Source: Macrostomum lignano (lineage: Eukaryota). From it: a stretch of DNA of 64,000 bases. Positions within the stretch are counted from its first letter, which is position 1. Every line of letters begins with the position of its first letter. The notes beneath the pieces are model-generated. The model had not been told where the DNA came from. It saw only the letters and a program-made list of their open reading frames with translations, and made no database searches. Positions 38,820 through 64,000 of the stretch are shown here, piece after piece. Position numbers and translations under genes: made by a program. Location of the stretch: NCBI GenBank assembly GCA_002269645.1, contig NIVC01001704.1, forward strand, positions 64,782 through 128,781, in the 5' to 3' direction.

Positions 38820-39085
38820 GGGGTCGCCATCACAAACCCGAAATATCATAATTCCACTGTCTCCACAAAGCAAAACAGTGTTGGACATTGCTAGAAATTT
38901 CGGAGTTATGATATTTTGGGTTTGTGATTTTTCGGGTTTATGATGTGCGTTGCTATCAATTCGGAGTTGTGATTTTTCGGTTTATGATATTTCGGGTTTG
39001 TGATATTTCATATTTCGGGTTTATGATATTTCGGGTTTATGATATTTCGGGTTTATGATATTTCGGGTTTGTGAAGCCCCCCCAC
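38820..39085. mobile_element. Small foldback/MITE-like element with 16-bp internal subrepeats
   Basis: Left end TCACAAACCCGAAATATCATA is inverted relative to the right-end array (TATGATATTTCGGGTT)n...TTTGTGA. Confidence 0.55.
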
Positions 39086-40096
39086 GAAGAGGAGCGAATC
39101 AATTTCACAAATCACATGTTAGTTGCGATTGTTTTAGGAGTTCAAACCATGCGCAATACAGTTTACTTATAGTAGAGTAATCAAGAAAACTCTTTCAGTT
39201 TCCTTGTTTTCATTCGCTTATTTTAAGAAAAATTAAACTCACCTCACCAGCATAGATTCCCTGAGAATTTTCACAGAGAAAAACATACAGGGTTCGGTCT
39301 GTTATGATGAGGCTCGTATTGCAAAACATGGTATTATTTTACATTGCAAACATTCTACATTTTCACATTAGATTGATAAACTGCTATGTATCACTCACAG
39401 ATCAATTTTCAGAATTAAATTTGCTGATTAAAACTTAGCTATCTCGGAATATCTCCTAATGATTAATTTGCTGATAATTATCTTTTCGTTACCACTAATT
39501 GTGGCTTGAGAGTCCAGCATTTTTTCGCTCGTATAGTAATTTATACATTTTATTTTTATTCCTATTTATTCGAATTCGACAAACTAATCGAATGGAAAGC
39601 AATGAATAGATTGCCTTTTTTGCAAAAAGGAAGTCATTGAAGTCCTGGTTCTAATTCTGCGGATACAGCCCATGACATGACCCAATAAAGTAAATTCGAA
39701 TACGGATTTAATTCGTTCCAAACAAGTTTAGGCTTGGAATTTCCGTTTAGCGCTGTCGTTTTTCGTTCACTTTATTGCTTGCTTCTGCCTGTTTCTCTTA
39801 CTCTGCCGTCTGGCGCCTCTGCGGCATGTAAAATTGTAAATAAAAATATCAGTCAGGCCTTATTTTTCAGTTTATTTTAATCGGGGCTTGAACTCTATGT
39901 GAATATATCATATAACATTTCTTATCTTTAAAAATAAGACAAAAAACTATAGCCTAAACTTAAAGCATTGACCAAAGGCTCAATAAAACATTTTTCTTCT
40001 TACTGAGACGGCGGCGCGAGAAGCCCTATTGGTTTGGACCGGGCCGGGCCGGGGGACCAAAAAGCCCTTTCTCTGCGCTGGCTACCTAATAGCATG

Positions 40097-40622
40097 ATGA
40101 CTCATCGCTTCTATCCCTAACCAGAGAAAGAAAGGCCAAGGTTTTGAATGTACATTCAAATGAACATCCCCACTTATCGGCAGAGTGGAAGCCCGCGCGA
40201 CTCTGTCCAAATTTAGAAATGAGCTTGAAGGGTCGAAAATAGCACGATAAAAAGACCATGCCTCTGCCCCACACATCTCTTACACTACACTCCTCCCCCC
40301 ACACCACTGAACGCCACACAGCACTCCAATCGATATTGGCATGGCAGCGAGGGACAGCACAAGACTCTTACCCCTCCGTGCGCGCGCAAATAGCCGGGCG
40401 GCCTTTCTAATTCTAGCGCATTGCCTCATTCCCCGCGAAAGGGTTAAAAATAGCCTACACAACCACCCCCCACAGTCTGACTAACCTATATAGCCTCTGC
40501 CCGCGTGGGCCCGCGCCGATGAGTCATTCCGCTTTGCTAGTGCTTCTAGGTTGGGCCTCGCTTTCTCTAGCATTTTGCCTTCGAATAGCGAGCGATTACA
40601 CTGTTTTTTATACACTGACTCA
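40097..40622 (+). promoter_or_regulatory. Jun promoter/leader: AP-1 sites, MEF2 site, TATA
   Basis: ATGACTCAT 40097-40105; TTAAAAATAG (MEF2 consensus YTAWWWWTAR) 40444-40453; TATATA 40487-40492; ATGAGTCAT 40519-40527; TGACTCA 40616-40622. Confidence 0.65.
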
Positions 40623-40651
40623 GTGTGCTTGCCGTGAAATATTCTTTTAGC

Positions 40652-41802
40652 ATGTCTTCGGTGCAGGCCAAGCCAGCAGTGGCGCAGAGTTCCGCTACAA
40701 TCACTGTCTCAACGGCGGGCGGCTCCGCCACAGCCAGCCTCCGAAATTTGAAGGGCTCAATGACCCTGCCACTGCAGTCTTCCGTAAACGTTGGCAACAG
40801 CATAGCCCACATCCGGGGCTTAACTCCCTTGGCGCAGCTGAACTCGCCCGATTTAAAAAATTTGACCTCAACTGGAGTGACGCCGTTTCTCACGTCGCCC
40901 GACTTCGACAAGCTGGTCAGCCAAAGCCTCGGCATAACGCCGACCTCGGCCAGCGGAAATGCGCCTCAGACGCCGACAACTTTCCTTAATCCGAAGTTCG
41001 TGACGGAAGAGCAAGAGCGTTTTGTGATGTAAGCGAATTTTGCCGTCTTGAATTTGTACTGATTTTTTATTAAAGTTAAAATGCGCTCGTAGAAAGAATT
41101 TGATTCATTTCCTATCATTCTCGACCTCATTCGGTTTCAATTCGCAGGAACTTCGATGAGAAGATCAAAAGCATGATCAAGAAGGAGCGCGAAGGTGACG
41201 ACGAAAACCAGCTGAACACGCCAGTCATCATGGACATCTCCGGGCCCGGCTATGTCATATCCTCGGTGGCGACCTCGATGGACACATCCGGCCAAGCTGT
41301 TGTCACCGTTGGCCAGCAGACAGCATCGATGTTCTCCGCCGCTGCCGCTCCGATTCCGACCTCCATCGTCACCGTGTCCTCAGCCCTGTCTCGCCCTCAG
41401 CTGCCGCCACCTCAGCCGGCCTCCATTGCTGCGTCCACAATAGCCGGTGGCAGCTACACCACCGAGGACGACAGCGGCGAGGAGCCGATGGACGATGTTG
41501 TCAGCAGCGTCGGCTCGACGTCCAGACGGCTCGGCCTGGGCGACCAGGAGCAGCTGAAGCTCGAGCGGAAGCGTCAGCGAAACCGCGATGCGGCCAGGAA
41601 ATGCCGCGAGCGCAAACTCGAACGAATCAGATTCCTCGAGGAGCGAGTCGCCGAGCTCAAGTCGCAGAATAGCCGGCTGCAGCGGACCGCCGTTGACCTA
41701 CGCGAGCAGGTGAAAACCCTGCAGCACGTGATCGTGGAGCACACGAAGCGCGGCTGCAGCCTGAAGGACTCGCTGGGCTCCAAGCTGGGCGGGCTGGCTT
41801 AA
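40652..41802 (+). CDS. JUN: Jun (AP-1) bZIP transcription factor, 343 aa, exons 40652-41028 and 41148-41802
   Basis: LNSPDL / LTSPDFDKL (S63/S73-like), [19 protein letters not shown] (T91/T93-like); b[32 protein letters not shown]...LREQV; phase-2 GT-AG intron; total 1032 nt. Confidence 0.95.
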
Positions 41803-42592
41803 GCGCCGCCCCTGAGTCCACCTGACTGCTTGCTGCATTTGGAATCCCCAATTCGCCACCCTCTGCTCCGCCCCAGTGGATGCAGTCATACAGATGCGGA
41901 GATTCTGAGCAAACTCCCATTTAGAGCTCTGCGCGCCACATCCAGCCACCCCATTTTGATGCTGTACAGTGCAACCTGCTTATATACAAAGTTATTAAAA
42001 CTTCTTGAGCCTCTCAAACTGATCCTGCGGCTTTGATCTGTAATTAAGCTGCATCCAATACCGTCTATTTCAATACCTTAGCTGTGAGCACATGGAATGT
42101 GTTCGTATCAAAGGCATTGCAGATGGTTGCTATGCAGTAAAACAGAGTCAACAAGCCGCTCATATTCTTGGCCACGAATCCTCCACTGAGCTGAACCTGC
42201 TTCCAAAGTCCTGTTTTATTGCTTTCCGGTTTGTCAATTTCTGATTTCGTTGATATTTAATTAACTAATCCCATATTCGCGCCCGTGCATTGGTTGGTAC
42301 TCTCGCTATGATGCTTGCGTGACAGCATTCATAATTCAAGTTCTAGTTCATCGATCAAAATTGAAAATGCACCGTTTGTTAAAATTATCTCCGTCTGTGG
42401 ACTCTGTACCATAACCATTCTCATGATGTCTATAATATAGCATTATTAATGCGCTTTCCTGCCAGTTGCGCTTTGTAGTTGTTTAAGAGAATTGAAATCC
42501 ATGTCTTTGCTTAGTTTATTCTTTAATCCGTAAATAACTGATCAAATTCGAAGACAAAGTGCCACTTTCGAGGTGTCAGTTCCAATTCTGAG

Positions 42593-43705
42593 ATGTTAGC
42601 GCCAATTCTGAGATGAGATGTTAGCGCCAATTCTGATATGAGACGTTAGCGCCAATTCTGAGATGAGATGTTAGCGCCAATTCTGATATGAGACGTTAGC
42701 GCCAATTCTGAGATGAGATGTTAGCGCCAATTCTGATATGAGACGTTAGCGCCAAATTTGAGATGAGATGTTAGCGCCAATTTGTTGAGACGTTAGCGCC
42801 AATTCTGAGATGAGATGTTAGCGCCAATTCTGAGACGTTAGCGCCAATTCTGAGATGAGATGTTAGCGCCAATTCTGAGACGTTAGCGCCAATTCTGAGA
42901 TGAGATGTTAGCGCCAATTCTGAGATGAGATGTTAGCGCCAATTCTGAGCTGAGATGTTAGCGCCAATTCTGAGATGAGATGTTAGCGCCAATTCTGAGC
43001 TGAGATGTTAGCGCCAATTCTGAGATGAGATGTTAGCGCCAATTCTGAGACGTTAGCGCCAATTCTGAGATGAGATGTTAGCGCCAATTCTGAGATGAGA
43101 TGTTAGCGCCAATTCTGAGATGAGATGTTAGCGCCAATTCTGAGATGAGATGTTAGCGCCAATTCTGAGATGAGATGTTAGCGCCAATTCTGAGATGAGA
43201 TGTTAGCGCCAATTCTGAGATGAGATGTTAGCGCCAATTCTGAGATGAGATGTTAGCGCCAATTCTGAGACGTTAGCGCCAATTCTGAGATGAGATGTTA
43301 GCGCCAATTCTGAGCTGAGATGTTAGCGCCAATTCTGAGATGAGATGTTAGCGCCAATTTTGAGATGAGATGTTAGCGCCAATTTTGAGACGTTAGCGCC
43401 AATCTGAGATGAGATGTTAGCGCCAATTTTGAGATGTTAGCGCCAATTTTGAGATGTTAGCGCCAATTTTGAGATGAGATGTGTAGCGCCAATTTTGAGA
43501 CGTTAGCGCCAAGTCTGAGAGGAGATGTTAGCGCCAATTTTGAGACGTTAGCGCCAATTTTGAGATGTTAGCGCCAATTTTGAGATGTTAGCGCCAATTT
43601 TGAGATGAGATGTTAGCGCCAATTTCTGAGAGGAGATGTTAGCACCAATTTTGAGACGTTAGCGCCAATCTAAGATGAGACGTTAGCGCCAATTCTGCGA
43701 TGTTA
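42593..43705. repeat. 20/25-bp minisatellite (GTTAGCGCCAATTCTGAGATGAGAT)
   Basis: Direct reading, downstream of Jun. Confidence 0.95.
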
Positions 43706-45039
43706 GCGCTACGTGCTGCCGCAGGCGAGCTTTCTACCAAAGGAACATGAGCTCCATTTTCACCAGGAAATAGCTGACCTTCTGCCCCTTGTGTAAATCT
43801 CAATGACCTGTACCCTCCCTGATCACCTGCGGCATGGGAAGTTTTCCAACAGATGTAAGACAGTTTCAATTGAAAATGCGAGGCCGTACATGTGGGACGC
43901 ACATGTAAAATTAATTGCACATGCATAGATTTTTGGAAAACTGACAATTAATCGAACATCTTTATTAACGAATTACAGTATTTTGGCTTTGCAAATCAGT
44001 ACATGTATTTTTGCAGATTTTCTATTTCCTTCTGTTTTTGGATAAACTTTATAGACAGATCCCAAGCTTAAAAAAATTAACCTTTATTATCCCCATATTA
44101 AACTGGCCAAACAATTTAATTAAAGACCTTATTTTAAAGGTAAGCGACAATTTTTTGACTCACCGTTCTTAGAAATAACGAAACATTTGTTAATGTAATG
44201 CCAAGTTTTATTTGTACCATTAGATCCATGCTACTTATAGTACAATAAAACATTTCAATTTACTTAAAAATTCGCACCAAAATGAAAAAATATATGGCTC
44301 CACATTAGCATATTGTTTGCTTTGAAATAAATTAACGAACAGTAAAGTACGATTTCAGCGAATTCGACACCGATTTTTTAGAAATTGATACATTATGTAC
44401 ATATGTATGATGCAAATTAATCTTACAGCTGTACACGCCGTGTACATGTACATGTAAGGTATAAATATACAGAGACTACATGTATAACTTTAATTTTTGT
44501 GCACATCTGATTGAACATCTTTAAAGAACTAGGATGACAAAATGAGCAGCAGTGCATGGTTTCTATTACTTAGAAGTGATTTCCCTTCGATCAGGACAAT
44601 CGCACAACCTCTTGACATTAGATTGTAACTATCCAAAAGAACTTTGTAAATACAGTGTATTAGCGTCTGCCGTCTAACAACGATATATTTTTGCAGATCA
44701 ATAGCAACAAACTATTCAATAACTTTAGGATTCCTTTTATTTTATGATTACATTGTGCAATATCTTTACAAAATTAGAAAAGGCCTTATACTCTACGTCA
44801 CCTTTATGAATTTGGTTTGTTAAATTGCAAATGCAGCGGGGCGTTGCCACCGGCTGCGGGGACTGGGGGGACATGTCCCGGCCCCCAGTAAAAGCTGAGA
44901 GAGGAACATGCAAATGATTTCTCCCCCCCCCCACCCAACCAATTGTGACCCGTTATGGAAATTGCAATAATTTAATTGCTTCAGGGCGACAAAATGTAAG
45001 CAAATTAATGATCAGCTTCTGAGAAAAAATGGGGAACGG

Positions 45040-45322
45040 AAGTTTGCTTGCGGAAGTGCGCTTGCCTAAGTTTGCTTGCAGGAAAAAATGGTTGCCGAAG
45101 TTTGCTTGTCGAAGTTTGCTCGTAGCACTTTGACTTTGCTTTAGTCATGCAATTTGCTGGCTGAACTTTGCTTGCCGACGTTTGCTTGCTGAATTTTTCT
45201 TGACGAATTTTTCTTGACAAAGTTTGCTTGATGAATTTTTCTTGATGGAGTTTGCTTCGCTTCGCCTTGCTTCGGCTTCGGGGGCCGGATCTGGCCCTAG
45301 GGCCGGAGGTTGCCGACCCCTA
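45040..45322. mobile_element. Short GTTTGCTTG repeats ending in a hAT-like terminus (GGTTGCCGACCCCT)
   Basis: Terminus resembles the reverse complement of CAGGGGTCGGCAAC-type hAT TIRs; partner end not found. Confidence 0.3.
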
Positions 45323-46237
45323 AGTTAAGGGTGTATTTTTACGCAAAAATATTAAACATGTATTTTACAATGTTAGCTTTTAAAATTGTCGTTGTTTATT
45401 TTTTATTAACAATGCTTTGCGTGGATACTCACAAGTATTAATATTATACATAAAAAATATGCACTTTGTGTTTTTCTACACTAAAGTTTAAACCACATTT
45501 AAAAAATATTTTTCTATGATTTTTTGTTTCGCGAACGTATCTCAAAGAATTATTCATTGAAAAGGATTTTAGGTTTGAGATCTCTTCTATATAATATTAG
45601 ATAGATAAAATTTATTTTAATATCCATTTTAATTAGATCCAAATATAGGTTATAGCTTATTAAAAAATTCTGTCAAAAACTGAACTCCTAGATTGGGCAT
45701 GGGCGGGCCGTGGGGTTGTTTTGTTTATGTTTTACTTGCCAACAAACAGTTGAACTGAAAACATATTTACATATTTGTCATAAGTGCTAGAATAAATTTC
45801 TATATGAGGTTGATATTAGTAAAACCCTGTAGTGAAAATCGTTCTAAACATACACTGTAATATAAAGTTAACTTTATGACAAATAGGATATGCTACTTAA
45901 TATTACTAATACTAAAGACATATCACATAGGGCCTAACTTACTGTCATACTGAGTAAGAATATCATATGGCAACTGGATGTTTTGATGAATTATTTTGTT
46001 TTATAGCATATCATTAAAAATGGATGTTTAGCTGAAGGTTAGGTTTTGTTTAAAAGAATAACAAAGAAAAAGTTTAGAAGACAAAAATAAGTGCTGTTAG
46101 AGTGAAAAATTGTGCTATCTCTAGGCCCCTAGGGTTTTTAGATAGGTCCTATGTTGTTAATTGTTAACATGATGAATCTTTAAAGAGTTACCTTTTATTT
46201 AATACCAAAATATTCTATTTAGTTTTATTAATAATTT

Positions 46238-46706
46238 GGCAGTGCTTATTCCCACAGTACCGTAGGAATAATTTCTGTCTTATTCCAACGGTACTGTGGG
46301 AATAATTTTCTGCTTATCCACACAGCACACTGACGAGATAGCTGCCATATCTTCTATATATATATGCTGTATGTGAATAGTTTATAGCTTTTTGAAAGGG
46401 AATTTGAATTAAGGATACTAAGAAGCTGTTGATCTAGATCAATACCACAACCAACATTTTTTTGCATAAAAAAGCCATTAAATCTTTACTTCTATTAAAC
46501 AAATTGTCAAGCAAAGTTATATTGTTAGGCCTATTATTAGTACTTAAACTGTAAGTACTAAACTAAAGTATTCCCACAGCATATATGTAGAAGATGGGCC
46601 AGCTATCTTGTCAGTATGCCATGCAGATAAGCAGAAAATTATTCCCACGGTACCATTGGAATAAGATAGAAATTATTCTTATGGTACCATGAGAATAAGC
46701 ACTGCC
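46238..46706. mobile_element. Mutator-like MITE with ~150-bp TIRs and a 9-bp TSD
   Basis: GGCAGTGCTTATT... / ...AATAAGCACTGCC; identical 9-mer TAATAATTT at 46229-46237 and 46707-46715. Confidence 0.85.
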
Positions 46707-47504
46707 TAATAATTTAGTATAGACCTTTTTTAAAAAAATTGCAAATAAGCATTGGCAACCCACACTTTGGATTATGCAATATAGGGATCAGCAGACTTCT
46801 TACCTTAGGGGCTAAATAAAGAACCTAGTGCATGACTGCAGACCAGAGGAAAAAATAAAGGAAAGGAAATTAAGAAGAGAAATAAGAGAGAGAGGGTGAA
46901 AATAAAGGAGACAAAAAAGGAGATAAAATAGGAAAGAAAAAAAGGAGAGGAGAAAAAAGAGAAAGGAGACAATAAAAAGATAAGAAATGATATAAAGGAG
47001 AAAAGGAAAGAAAGAAAAGAAGAAAGGTATAAAAAAGAGAAAAGAAAGGAAATAAAAAAGGAAGAGTAGAGAAAGGTAATAGAAGAGAGCTGAGAAAAGA
47101 CACAAACCTTGAGCTCATAGTCTAGATCATGCTAAGTATATGCCTGAACAAAAATTAAATAATTACAACTGCATACCAAAAAAATGGAGTGCATGCCAAT
47201 TGTCAAAACTATGCCAGTGGTGCAACAATAAATGACCTTTTTTATGTTGTGACAATTAATGACCTTTTTAAATTGCATAATAGACCCTTTTGGCAAAAAA
47301 TTGGTTAATTTTTCTGCTTTTTTAGCAATGCTATGTATAGTAGAAAATCAATACATGCAAAGATTTGTTTAAATGCTTTATTACAATCTCAAAACATAGA
47401 AAGCTTGAAATTTATGCTTAAAAATAAACTTTTTTCATCTTTTCTATTTCACAATAACTTTTCTATGTGATTCTTTAAAGTGCATGCTAGGTGTGTATAT
47501 ATGC

Positions 47505-47805
47505 ACATTATTTTCTTAGGAGCAATGCATACCAACTGTGCATGCCTTTTTTGGTATGCAAGGCCAATGCATGCCTGAATTTTTGTGCATATACTGCTGC
47601 TGCATGATTCAGAGTGTGGCCTTGAGCTAGCTGCATTGCTATTATGAAGCTTTAAAGGACCCAAAGGCTGGCTAGTGAGGCTTTGCAGGCTGCATGTGGT
47701 CCATGGGCTAGATTTTGCCAACCTAAAAAATTGGGCATATATTGGCCTTGCATACCAAAAGTTAAGTATGCACAATTGGCATATATGATTCCTAAAAAAG
47801 TGTAT
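47505..47805. mobile_element. Degenerate palindromic (foldback) MITE
   Basis: TTGGTATGCAAGGCCAAT...TTTT arm is inverted relative to AAAAATTGGGCATATATTGGCCTTGCATACCAA. Confidence 0.55.
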
Positions 47806-48703
47806 CACTAAACAAAACAAAAGAATATTTGTTTAATTGCATAGAAGAGTTAGTGTTAAGTGGAAAAATGATTGAAAAGTTGATCTTTGAGTGTAAATTT
47901 CAAGTTTTCTGGTTTTTAAGCTTGTAAAAAAGCAATTAAACAAATTTTGTACATATTGATTTTCTGTTATAAATAATAAAAGCAAGAAAGATAAAAATCA
48001 ACCAAATTAATAGCCAAAAAGGATCCTTTACACAATGCAAAGTAGATCATTTATTGTTGCAACATTAGCCTAGATTTAAGAGTGTGGGCCTGCACTTAAT
48101 TTTTTGGCATGCATTTATATTTCTTCAATTTTTGTTTGGGCATGCACCCATTATGATTCAGACTATAGCTGGCAACAAGGACAAAGTTGTATGATTTTTC
48201 CACATTTAAACTTGTAGAAATTAAATTTTTCTTATATTTTTAATAATTTTATATTTTGCTTTATCTGGGCAAGCAAAAAAATATATTCCCATGTGTCACA
48301 AATAAAAATAGCCAAGTTAATCCCTAGAATTATATATTTCTATGAATATGACCAATATTTTCTAAGAAACCAATGCTTTTTAAAAATATATTTTATCTTA
48401 TTTTCTTCAACTTTACTTGTATTGCTTTGTTGTCCCTAGATAATAACAAGTTTAAATATATAGAATTATATCTACAATAATTAACTAAAGTAAGCAATAC
48501 AAAAAAGTTTTACTATAAAAAATGTTTTGTAAAAAAACTAGTTCTTCATTTAGACAAGTTAGTTTTGTAAAATGGTTTTGTATCTCAATAATAAAATGGT
48601 AAAATTAGATTAATAAAACATTCTTTGTTGATGAACCTGTTAAGCTTACTTTAACTATTGATAAATTCAGTTTTAATTTTTTGCTTAAATTTTGACATTG
48701 ACT

Positions 48704-48996
48704 AAGAGCCTGTCAACTGAAGCTCATAAAGTGGAGCCCAAGTAACCTATATATATAAATGATGTCATTCTGCTCACAGTGACACCAGGAAGCTGGATTT
48801 GTCAAAAAAAGTGGACTTGGGATAAGTAAGAATAAGGAAGGGGATAATTGGGAATATTATATCAACTTAAGCTCAAAAAGTTGAGTCTGTAATTATCCCC
48901 TTGCTTATTCTCACTTATCCCAAGTCTAACCTTCATATCATTTGTGTACATAGGTTACTTGGGCTCCTGTTTATGAGCTTCAGTTGACAAGCTCTT
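48704..48996. mobile_element. ~290-bp near-palindromic foldback MITE upstream of SMARCA2/4
   Basis: Outer arms AAGAGCCTGTCAACTGAAGCTCATAAA..GGAGCCCAAGTAACCTAT and inner arms GACTTGGGATAAGT.AGAATAAG.AAGGGGATAATT both have reverse-complement partners; TSD unclear. Confidence 0.8.
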
Positions 48997-49267
48997 TGGT
49001 ATAGCCTGACACCTATCTAAAAATTTATCTCATGTGGAAGAGCATTGTGTGCAACACCAGTGGCATAAAATTATAGTGCAATATTGTAGATTGTAACCAT
49101 ATGTAACCATAAACTTTGTTCCTTGTATTTTTAACAATAGAAATTAAGCAGAAGTTTTTATAGTTTTTTAAGAGTTTATTCACTTACTTACAAGTTGTAA
49201 ACGAGATTATTAAACATAAAAATAAAGATATTGACCAAATTTTTTTCATGCCCTTGACAGCAGCTTA

Positions 49268-63613
<14,346 letters not shown>

Positions 63614-64000
63614 AACGCGCCTGGCCATTCATTTGGGTCTTGTGCACGAAATTAGCCGGGGTTGTTGTGCGATTTCACATGCCTGATGATTATGGAGTCA
63701 GGCCGCTGTGTGCACCCTCTGTGAGCGTGTGTACGAGTGCGTGACTGCGGACAGTATTGGCGCCCTTGTGTGTGGCTCAGGAGTCCGCGGAATGGCCATA
63801 ATTGCCTCAGCGCTGGTTGTGGGGCCGTGTCGCCGAAGGCATTGCGTGCCCCACAGGCCTCCTGTGAATATGTACTTTTGTACACCAAGTCCCTATGGCA
63901 CAGACTTTGCAATCTCTCAATCTACAATTGTATTAAAGCTACTCAAAGCTACTTAAAGTAGTCTAAGTCTGGTTTTGCGCCAGTGTTATTCCGGACCTCA

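Noticed and set aside
38835-38846. NPKY-coding stretch downstream of the LDLR-like gene
   Set aside because: It is the terminal inverted repeat of the 38820-39085 element, with no exon context

Overview
Eukaryotic (metazoan) genomic DNA with GC-rich exons, GT-AG introns filled with minisatellites and very AT-rich intergenic blocks. The style suggests a flatworm such as Macrostomum, which is an inference. Recognisable genes: an intronless secreted PAN/Apple-like plus LamG/ConA-like protein (minus, 2150-3088) with a decayed paralog near 11950-12570; an orphan two-exon gene downstream of a perfect RFX X-box (9906-11392); CCDC60 (14045-27199, about 12-13 exons); a 7-LDLa LDLR/VLDLR-type receptor (31243-33720) with no visible NPxY motif, preceded by a candidate small spliced Cys-rich secreted gene; Jun (40652-41802, 2 exons) with AP-1, MEF2 and TATA sites; and SMARCA2/4 (brahma; 49268-63613, 8 exons) with a triplicated Q/P/G/Y-rich N-terminus. 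Mobile DNA includes a Gypsy gag remnant behind an AP-1/CRE/CCAAT/TATA promoter, a 5'-inverted non-LTR retrotransposon relic, a Mutator-like MITE with a 9-bp TSD and several foldback elements. The most striking structural pattern is that almost every long intron carries its own minisatellite. Several of these arrays multiply splice signals (about 32 tandem 5' splice sites in one intron), and about half share a YAATC core. Frameshifts in CCDC60 and SMARCA2/4, mostly in homopolymer runs, look like long-read consensus errors. All exon models were built by hand and protein similarities are from memory, not from database searches.
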